The notes under the pieces are model-generated. The model saw only the letters and a list, made by a program, of their open reading frames with translations, was not told the DNA's origin and made no database searches. A DNA stretch of 64,000 nucleotides from a bacterium (GTDB taxonomy: Bacteria > Hinthialibacterota > Hinthialibacteria > Hinthialibacterales > Hinthialibacteraceae). Positions 56,340 through 64,000 of this stretch are shown in pieces; within the stretch, counting starts at the first letter, position 1; every line of letters starts with the position of its first letter. The stretch is from NCBI GenBank assembly GCA_963662285.2, contig CAXXMV010000008.1:1440001-1504000 (forward strand). The letters run 5' to 3'. The position numbers and the translations under genes were made by a program.

Positions 56340-59300
56340 ATGAAGAAAACCACCTTTACCCTTACTCTACTATCCTGCATCTTATTAGTTCCCTCACTAT
56401 TCGCCGAAGACTGGCCCACTTACCGCGCCAATCCTGAACGCAGTGGATTCATATCACAAACACTTTCAACAGAAATAAATTTACTGTGGACCTATAATCC
56501 CGCCCATGCGCCACAACCAGCCTGGCGGGGACGCGACACCCGCATGTCATTTGATTACGCCTATCACACTGTAATCGCTGACGGTCGGTTATACTTCGGC
56601 AGTTCAGCGGATTGTAAAATATACGCCTTAAATGCGCTAACCGGAGAAGAAGAGTGGTCGGTCATTACCGACGCCCCGGTGCGATTCGCCCCGGCATTAT
56701 GGAACAACCGGGTATACGCTGTAAGCGACGATGGCTTTCTCTATTGCTTGAACGCCGACGATGGAAAAGAACTATGGAAAAAACGCGGCGCCGCCGATGC
56801 TCGTATGATCCTGGGCAATGACCGCATGGTTTCCAAATGGCCTGCGCGCGGAGGCGCCGTTATCAAAGATGGCGTCGTCTACTTTGCCGCAGGAATCTGG
56901 CCTTCTGAAGGAATCTTCATTTATGCGCTTGACGCCGCAACCGGAGACATCCATTGGCTCAACGATAAATCAGGCGGTATGGAGATGGATCAACCGCATC
57001 CCACCGCACGCGCCAAAAGCGGCGTCTCCGCTCAAGGATACCTGGTCGCTTCCCAGGATAAACTTTTCATCCCGACAGGACGAGCCGTTCCCGCCGCATT
57101 CGACCGCAAAAATGGAGAATTCCAGTATTTTCACCTGCAAGCCAACCGGGCTGAAGGCGGCTCGTACGTTATGACCGACGGTCCTCTGCTTTTTAACAGT
57201 GGAATCGGATTCAACGCCGCATCCGGCCTTCCCCAAATAAAGACATCTAGATTGTTAACCAAAACACCGCATGGCATCGCGCAAGCCTCTAATGACCAGG
57301 TTTCTATCTATCAATGGTGCATCACGGAAAAAAAAGATAGAAAAGGCAATCCCGTCAAATTTGATGACTTAAAAAACATTGCTTCCATAGAGGCGCCCTT
57401 CGCGGGAGTCTCACTGATTTGCGCTGGAAACACAGTTGTCTCTGGAGGAAAAAACGGGGTATGCCTGATTGACCTGAAAACCAATTCCGTCAAAAAAAAG
57501 ATTGCGGTAGATGGAACGCCTTACGGTCTTGCAGCAGCGGATAATCACTTATACGTCAGCACCGAAAAAGGAACTATTTACTGCTTTGGCATTGAGAAAA
57601 CTGACACGCCTAAAATAATTGTCAATCAACCTGATCTTACGCAAAATTCACCTACTAAAATCCAAAAAACCGCAGAGCAGATCATAAACCAGACTGGCGT
57701 TACCGATGGATTCTGTCTTGATCTTCAGTGCGGCGACGGCTCTCTGGCGCTGGAATTGGCCCAACAAAGCAACCTTCAGATATACGCCATAGACTCAAAT
57801 ATTGAAAATGTACTAAAAGCCCGACAAAAACTTGATCAAGCCGGTCTATATGGCGTCCGGGTTACGGTTCATCATGCCAACCCGAACCAAACAAACTATC
57901 CAGACTATTTCGCAAACCTTATAGTATCAGGCCAATCCTTTAATACCGTTAAAAATCCATATATCAAAGAAATGCAGCGCCATCAGCGTCCCTATGGTGG
58001 AATCATTTTTAATGTTAACCCCGATTCGACAGAAATTTTGGTGCGCGGCGCTTTAGAAGGCGCATCGAATTGGAGTCATCAATATTTCAATGCGGCTAAC
58101 ACCAGCTGCTCAACCGATCAACTGGTTAAAGGTCCGTTGGGAATGCTCTGGTTCAGGGATTCCGACCAGATCATGCCGTCGCGTCATGGCCGGGGCCCCG
58201 CTCCTCTGTTTTATAATGGAACTTTGTTTGTCGAAGGCATGAACACGCTAAGAGCCATCGACGCATATAACGGAAGAACTCTATGGGAATATCAATTAGA
58301 GGGAATTCTTAAATCCTACGATCAGGAACACCTGATGGGTACGGCGGGAACCGGCAGTAATTTCTGCGTTACTGAAGACGCCGTATATATACGGCAAGAT
58401 GATCGCTGCTTCTGCATTGACTCTACAACAGGTAAAAAAATCCGGGAATTCTCAGTTGAACAAATCACCCAATCACCACAAGATAAATGGGGATATATCG
58501 CTTATGTAAATGGCATCCTGCTCGGTTCAGTATTAAACCAGAAACATATTGTAAAATGGAGATATCTTGAAGGTGATATGTCCGAACAATTCACCGAATC
58601 GCACACCCTCTTTGCATTGGATGCGAAAACTGGAAAGACAAAATGGATTTATAAAGCCAAAGATTCAATCCGCCATAATTCAATCGCCGCCAGTGAGAAT
58701 CTGGTCTATTTAATCGACCGTCCACTGGCCATAATTGACCGGCTCGATTACGAGCAGACCAAAAGACGGGGAGAAGATAAAACTGAAGAAAAAACTCCAG
58801 AACATAAGCCCGGAGTGTTGCTGGCGCTGGATATTGACAGCGGCGTAGAAACATGGCGCGAAGAGCATAATATCTATGGCACCATGTTGGCGTTAAGCAG
58901 TGAGTACGACGCACTGCTGATGAGTTACCAACCAACCCGGTTTCGCTTGTCTTCAGAAATCGGCGGTAAAATGACTGCCTTTCGCGCCTCCACTGGGGAA
59001 AAATTATGGGATAAACCAGCGGAATACGGTTCACGTCCACTTATAAATGACGCTGTCATCTACGCTCAACCCGGCGCCTGGAATCTGCTTAACGGAGAAA
59101 GGCTGCCATTTGAATTTTCAAGGTCTTATGGATGCGGAACGCTGGCAGGTTCTACCAATATGCTGGTATACCGTTCAGCTACTTTAGGTTACCGCGACCT
59201 ACAAAAAGATCAGGAAACGCAGAATTACGGCGGGATACGCCCGGCTTGTTGGATCAATGCCATTCCCGCTGGAGGATTGCTATTGATGCCCAACGCCACT

Positions 59301-59360
59301 GACAGATGCACCTGCAGCTACCTAAATACTGCTTCTGTTGCGTTACAGGAATTGAAATAG
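56340..59360 (+). CDS. Secreted PQQ-type beta-propeller protein with central methyltransferase-like domain
   Basis: DWPTYR...RSG, repeated ALDA.TG...W blades, central GFCLDLQCGDG.LA.ELA, RSYGC, RPACW, CTC. Confidence 0.85.
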   Translation: MKKTTFTLTLLSCILLVPSLFAEDWPTYRANPERSGFISQTLSTEINLLWTYNPAHAPQPAWRGRDTRMSFDYAYHTVIADGRLYFGSSADCKIYALNALTGEEEWSVITDAPVRFAPALWNNRVYAVSDDGFLYCLNADDGKELWKKRGAADARMILGNDRMVSKWPARGGAVIKDGVVYFAAGIWPSEGIFIYALDAATGDIHWLNDKSGGMEMDQPHPTARAKSGVSAQGYLVASQDKLFIPTGRAVPAAFDRKNGEFQYFHLQANRAEGGSYVMTDGPLLFNSGIGFNAASGLPQIKTSRLLTKTPHGIAQASNDQVSIYQWCITEKKDRKGNPVKFDDLKNIASIEAPFAGVSLICAGNTVVSGGKNGVCLIDLKTNSVKKKIAVDGTPYGLAAADNHLYVSTEKGTIYCFGIEKTDTPKIIVNQPDLTQNSPTKIQKTAEQIINQTGVTDGFCLDLQCGDGSLALELAQQSNLQIYAIDSNIENVLKARQKLDQAGLYGVRVTVHHANPNQTNYPDYFANLIVSGQSFNTVKNPYIKEMQRHQRPYGGIIFNVNPDSTEILVRGALEGASNWSHQYFNAANTSCSTDQLVKGPLGMLWFRDSDQIMPSRHGRGPAPLFYNGTLFVEGMNTLRAIDAYNGRTLWEYQLEGILKSYDQEHLMGTAGTGSNFCVTEDAVYIRQDDRCFCIDSTTGKKIREFSVEQITQSPQDKWGYIAYVNGILLGSVLNQKHIVKWRYLEGDMSEQFTESHTLFALDAKTGKTKWIYKAKDSIRHNSIAASENLVYLIDRPLAIIDRLDYEQTKRRGEDKTEEKTPEHKPGVLLALDIDSGVETWREEHNIYGTMLALSSEYDALLMSYQPTRFRLSSEIGGKMTAFRASTGEKLWDKPAEYGSRPLINDAVIYAQPGAWNLLNGERLPFEFSRSYGCGTLAGSTNMLVYRSATLGYRDLQKDQETQNYGGIRPACWINAIPAGGLLLMPNATDRCTCSYLNTASVALQELK

Positions 59361-59401
59361 GAATAATATTGATAATTGAGAGTGTTGGGCGCATCAAGAT
59401 A

Positions 59402-61210
59402 TCAACGCGACTTGGCGTACATGATAAGTATAAAGGTAAAGAGACTGGAGAATCCCTTCATAAAAGCGCAACGTGTAAAGCCCAGGCCATAGCCCGTAAT
59501 CCAACGGGAAAACTCGCTGTGGATAAAATCTGACATTGCTCCGTTATGGAAACGTTCTAAACGTTCTATTTCGCGGCAGGCATACATAAAATCATCGCGC
59601 TTTTTCCTGTTGCCCGATTTATCATACTGGCCGGATATCCATTGATATTGTTCGCGTAATTCAGAATAGCGCGATAATTTAATCAACTGAGCTTCATTGG
59701 CGACCGAGGGACGTTTTAACCATCCAGAGTATTTCCAAACTGCATTATTGAAATTACAATTGGTCAACTGGGCGCCGTCGAAGATGGCATTACCCAAATC
59801 ACACACAAACCGAATACGGGCGCCTTCATCATGAGTGCGCTTGAGGTTGAATGATTCCCCGAAATTGGTATTCCAAAATGATACTTTACCCGAACCGAAA
59901 TTAACTGATTCCATATTCAACACATCTACGTCAAAATCAGATAATTGGAAAGAAACGCGTCCTGAAAGAAATTTGGTATTCTGAAAAGCAGCTTCTCGGC
60001 CTTTAACCTTCATTCCCTGAAACGAAGTTTGAATATTTTCAAAAAGACAGTTGAAGAAATTGAACGAATCAGTTTTGAATTCTGAACGATTCAATGAAAC
60101 TCTCTTGGAACGAAACTCTGAATCCCTGCAACTGAATAACTGCGCTTCAACATTATTGTTTAAGAACAGAAATCCATCGCCATTCAACTTTGATCGCTCA
60201 AGCAAGACTTTATCACTTTTGAAATCACAATCATTAATAGATAAAAGATGATTGCTCAAAATACCGGATAAATCAACAATTTCATCCGCTTGGAAATGAT
60301 TCTTCTTGAGAAGCAAATCACCGCCATAACATTCCAAACCGGATAAATCCACCCGGCTGCCATTGAAACGGCAATGCTCTATAGAGAGATCGCCATTAAT
60401 AACATTACCGCTGCCAAAGAAGAATTTATCACCGTTCCACCTATTTTTCCTGAATAGTACTTCACCATCCCATTCGCCCTGAGTAAATTCTGCCGTCTTA
60501 CAATCCAACAGCGAACTTTCAAAAGAAAGGCGCCCTTTGGTCTGTTTGACATCCTGGAATGATAGGCAATCAGAAGAGATGTTGGCGCTTCTGAAAGTAA
60601 AATCATTTGAGCCGATGCTTCCGCCGCGGTATATTATCGAAGGGGCTTTCAACTGAGCGGAATTATATGTTGTAATACTGCTTTTAAATGAACAAAAGAC
60701 GTATGTAATTCTTTTTTTAGCGCGCCATTTTACATTGGAGAAATCTATCTGTTCTCCCTCAAATTGACAACGATGAAACGCTAATAGATCACCGTCAAAG
60801 GCAGAATTCGCAAAGGATACATTTGAAGCGTTAAAACCGCATCGGTGAAAATAGAGGATCGAACCTCCAAAAATGCAATCTTCAAACGACAAAACCGGAC
60901 CGTCCACATGGATATTCTCGAAACGGACGCCCTGAAGGAATTTACAACCTCTAAAAGATACAATTTTTGAAGTGGTAATATTGCGTATGGTTAAACTGGA
61001 TGGGAAGACAAATCCATCAAAACTATAATCTTGTGAACGTAATTTGTTTTGGATAAGTTCTAGAAAAACTTCTTTAGGTTTGTTGGGTTCTGGAGAATGA
61101 CCTATGCAAAATCCAGAGCGGGATCCTAGCCACACCTGTTCAGAGCAGTTCCAGCCATCGGCTGGACTTGAATAGGCGCACTTTTCCCGCACTTGAATTA
61201 ATGGATACAT
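59402..61210 (-). CDS. Pentapeptide-repeat-like beta-solenoid protein
   Basis: Many (S/D)F..(C/S).F units of about 12 aa; N-terminal Cys/His cluster; C-terminal WITGYG plus one hydrophobic segment. Confidence 0.75.
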   Translation of the reverse strand: MYPLIQVREKCAYSSPADGWNCSEQVWLGSRSGFCIGHSPEPNKPKEVFLELIQNKLRSQDYSFDGFVFPSSLTIRNITTSKIVSFRGCKFLQGVRFENIHVDGPVLSFEDCIFGGSILYFHRCGFNASNVSFANSAFDGDLLAFHRCQFEGEQIDFSNVKWRAKKRITYVFCSFKSSITTYNSAQLKAPSIIYRGGSIGSNDFTFRSANISSDCLSFQDVKQTKGRLSFESSLLDCKTAEFTQGEWDGEVLFRKNRWNGDKFFFGSGNVINGDLSIEHCRFNGSRVDLSGLECYGGDLLLKKNHFQADEIVDLSGILSNHLLSINDCDFKSDKVLLERSKLNGDGFLFLNNNVEAQLFSCRDSEFRSKRVSLNRSEFKTDSFNFFNCLFENIQTSFQGMKVKGREAAFQNTKFLSGRVSFQLSDFDVDVLNMESVNFGSGKVSFWNTNFGESFNLKRTHDEGARIRFVCDLGNAIFDGAQLTNCNFNNAVWKYSGWLKRPSVANEAQLIKLSRYSELREQYQWISGQYDKSGNRKKRDDFMYACREIERLERFHNGAMSDFIHSEFSRWITGYGLGFTRCAFMKGFSSLFTFILIMYAKSR

Positions 61211-61857
61211 CAACCGTTTACCTGCGGAATAATCCAAGAAGAAAAATTAAATTGTTTAATTAATCCCGCATATTTCCTTCCTCCATTACCCCAGGGTAAT
61301 GGAAGCATCAAAAAAAAATAGGATAACTCAACCAAAATATTATCAGCCATAACTATTAAATCAAGTATATATTGTAAAATCGTATTCCAAAGAATACTAG
61401 TGAAAGAGTACCCGAATACAAATCTACATTTATACTATCGATACAATTTATCACAAAAATACAGATGCCTCCAGATCTAATAGATTTTCATAAATCTAAT
61501 TCATTCAGAAAATTAAATGAATAAATTTGATAATTTAAGAGTTATTTACACTGGTCGATATATAATTCATAAACACATTTATCTAAATTAGAATCAGAGA
61601 GAGAGAAAACTTTAGTCAATATCATAATAAATAGAAAATTATATATCTTTATTAGGATATATTGATACATTATATACATAAAAACATCCTTTAATGGACA
61701 AAATAGGCCTTATATTATCCGTTTTTTTATTTGTCCCTTACAGCCCTGAAGTTCTTATGTAATCACATTTTTTTTTGAATTAAAAATAATATAACATATA
61801 ATACAATTGATTTCGGCAAAAATTTGACAATCTTAATCAATTATCCGAGTTTCTATT

Positions 61858-62691
61858 ATGGAATCGTTCGCTGTTAATAAAAAGCCGTTTGGATCTATCA
61901 TAAAAATCCAAACTTCAATTGGAGCATTAGACATCCAAAGTCTAGATGGATGGTTCTCTAATCCAGAATCAACCAAAATACCTATATATATAGATTTAAG
62001 TAGTATAGATGCTATTGACGATTATCTGTTGGAGTACTTATTATCACAAATCAAGCGATTAAGCCTTTTGGGCGTTCCAACTACATTAGTACGCAACAAT
62101 CCCGATATTCGTAAATTGATAAGAGAATCTGGATTTGAACGGCCAGTAATGATACTCGACTTTTTAGATGAAGCGACTTTTCCGCTTGAAGCTAATGTCA
62201 AATCTAAACTTAAACTGGATTTTGAAGAAAAAACCATATCATCTAATTGCCCCAAGTGCTCAAACATTCTCCGTGAAGGAGCTTACCGATGTTTGAAATG
62301 CGGCCAGATAATCGCGACAAGACGACACGACCGCCATCCGGTAGCAATTCCTTTCTTATATGGCAAAGCAGTAGGAAACGAGTTCCTGAATTCCAACTGG
62401 CTTGGCGGCGTATCGGAAGATTTAGACATGGAATCTTTTTCCGGCATGGGTTTCTTTTCTCCCAGGGATATTCCAAAGGGATCAGAAATTCATTTTATAT
62501 TCCCGACATTGCGATGGAAAAAAAAGCAGAAGATTGATCGTTCATCCTTAACAATCTTCACAGGGCGCGTCAAAAATTCCACCCCAGTTGATAATTGGGT
62601 CAGAATCGGTATTGCTCTATTCAATATGTTTGAATATGCTGGCCGTTTCGATGTTAAAACGGAGGTGCAAGGTGATGCGCGATTGGTTTAA
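61858..62691 (+). CDS. STAS-like + zinc ribbon + PilZ-like domain protein
   Basis: IYIDLSSIDAID (STAS), CPKC...CLKC, RRHDR (RxxxR), DL....SGMG. Confidence 0.65.
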   Translation: MESFAVNKKPFGSIIKIQTSIGALDIQSLDGWFSNPESTKIPIYIDLSSIDAIDDYLLEYLLSQIKRLSLLGVPTTLVRNNPDIRKLIRESGFERPVMILDFLDEATFPLEANVKSKLKLDFEEKTISSNCPKCSNILREGAYRCLKCGQIIATRRHDRHPVAIPFLYGKAVGNEFLNSNWLGGVSEDLDMESFSGMGFFSPRDIPKGSEIHFIFPTLRWKKKQKIDRSSLTIFTGRVKNSTPVDNWVRIGIALFNMFEYAGRFDVKTEVQGDARLV

Positions 62692-63847
62692 TAAAATATA
62701 TTATATTTTTCTATTTATATTATGGATAGTAATCCCATTGTCTATATCCATCGCCGAAGAAAAATTATCGTTGCCTGTCGATCCTATCGTCGGTCCACGG
62801 GATATCCTTGAGATTCAAGTATTTAATGAACCAACCATGTCTATGAACGTGGTTGTTTCCGCATCAAGCCAGTTCTCCTTTCCTCTACTGCGCCGGGTTG
62901 ATGCTACGAATATGACTCTGGACGAACTGGGCCAACACATGGAAAAACGTTTGCTCGAAGGACGCTACCTGATCGATCCATCAGTTACGGTCAGATTCGT
63001 TGAGCAGAATTTTTTTGTCGTAACCTTATCGGGCAATGTAATATCGCCTGGAGTTGTTCCTATTTATCCGGGTATTAGATTGCGGGAATTATTTGCGCAA
63101 CGTGGTGGAATCAATAACCAACTGGCTGGACCATACATTCATATCCACGGTGACAGTAGTCGCGAATTCAAAATCCCACGCAAACAACTCGAAAATGGCG
63201 CCCCCGATGAGATGCGGGAATATAATATCGAACTGATGCCTAAAGATGAGATCATTGTTCCCAGCGCAGATGAATTTTTCGTACTGGGCGCCGTCAATAA
63301 ACCTGGAAGTTATAAACTAACTCGCAAAACTACCATAGGAGAAGCGCTTGGCATGGCGGGAGGCAGAACGGAAAATGGCGGCAACACTCTTTTCTGGCAT
63401 AGTCATCTCGCAAACGGAGATCCAGTGATTACGACATTCACCTACTCTCAATATCAGCAAAACGAAGAAATCCGCGCTTCCATCATAAATGAAAGCGACA
63501 GCATCTATATTGCTCAAGCAGACTTTGTTTTTGTGGGAGGAAAAGTGAATAAACCGGGAATGTATCCCTGGAAACCCAAAATGACCCTGCAAAGCGCCAT
63601 CATTGCAGCCGAAGGAAGACATTTCACCGCCAGCCGCACCATCATTCTAATTAGAGAAGATTCAAACGGTAAACAAGAAAAAACCAGTTATCATTTATCC
63701 GATCTTAAGAAACAGGATGTGCAGGTATACCCAGGAGATATTATCTATTCGACGGCAAACGCTTTGATTAATATCCCGTATACTATAAAACAGATCAATC
63801 CTTTTTCTTTTCCTTTACGAATGCTAGACACGGGATTGCTTGAATGA
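62675..63847 (+). CDS. Polysaccharide export protein (Wza/OPX-like, Poly_export plus 3 SLBB)
   Basis: GPRDILEIQVFNEP, YLIDPSVTV, three G.V..PG SLBB motifs, PGDII. Confidence 0.88.
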   Translation: MRDWFNKIYYIFLFILWIVIPLSISIAEEKLSLPVDPIVGPRDILEIQVFNEPTMSMNVVVSASSQFSFPLLRRVDATNMTLDELGQHMEKRLLEGRYLIDPSVTVRFVEQNFFVVTLSGNVISPGVVPIYPGIRLRELFAQRGGINNQLAGPYIHIHGDSSREFKIPRKQLENGAPDEMREYNIELMPKDEIIVPSADEFFVLGAVNKPGSYKLTRKTTIGEALGMAGGRTENGGNTLFWHSHLANGDPVITTFTYSQYQQNEEIRASIINESDSIYIAQADFVFVGGKVNKPGMYPWKPKMTLQSAIIAAEGRHFTASRTIILIREDSNGKQEKTSYHLSDLKKQDVQVYPGDIIYSTANALINIPYTIKQINPFSFPLRMLDTGLLE

Positions 63848-63965
63848 TGTATCGGCTAAAAGCGAAAGAAGAGTAATAGGGATTGTTTCCTGAAATATGA
63901 TATAATCGCTATAATTACTATAAAATGCTTAATTCTCTTAAATTTGTTATAAAATGGAATTCTTA

Positions 63966-64000
63966 TGGAAAATGAGCCTATAGCATCCGAAAGCATACCT
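63966..64000 (+). CDS. Possible start of next gene (MENEPIASESIP...), runs off window
   Basis: Open frame to the window end; TGaTATAAT near 63898; product unknown. Confidence 0.25.

Noticed and set aside
63850-63876. GCCGATAC on the minus strand (and GCCGATAT at 8217) as further sigma-28 promoters
   Set aside because: No TAAA/TCAAG -35 element at the right spacing, and both point antisense into genes
1-64000. CRISPR array, tRNA/rRNA, prophage or recognisable defence system
   Set aside because: No regularly spaced repeats, cloverleaf or rRNA signatures, or phage/cas genes seen by eye

Overview
Bacterial chromosomal window, about 40-45% GC, mostly carbohydrate-active, secreted and metabolic genes: galK/galE, mutM, polyprenyl synthase, GH106, GH97, sulfatase, DPP-IV, CstA, a PQQ-type propeller and a Wza-like exporter. 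It also has a four-gene Hmc/Tmc-like membrane redox operon ending in an NrfD/HybB-hexaheme cytochrome fusion, two tandem KaiC-like/PEP-synthase-like paralogs, an IS5 element cleanly splitting an EAL (YkuI-like) gene, a nonsense-split YdjC deacetylase, and several REP/MITE-like repeat families. The gene style (orphan type IV prepilin-like gene, VSDWQLY C-terminus) suggests a Hinthialibacterota/Sumerlaeota-like or PVC-like organism; this is inference only. The most striking unexplained signal is the intergenic region at about 19120-19610. On the minus strand it holds a textbook sigma-28 promoter, two CsrA/Rsm-type ANGGAN hairpins, a nested long-range fold and a strong intrinsic terminator, with no credible protein. 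This points to a candidate ~450-nt structured ncRNA. A matching AUGGAU hairpin lies upstream of a PilZ-like gene at 7769. No rRNA, tRNA or CRISPR array was seen. All family calls are by eye, with no database search.
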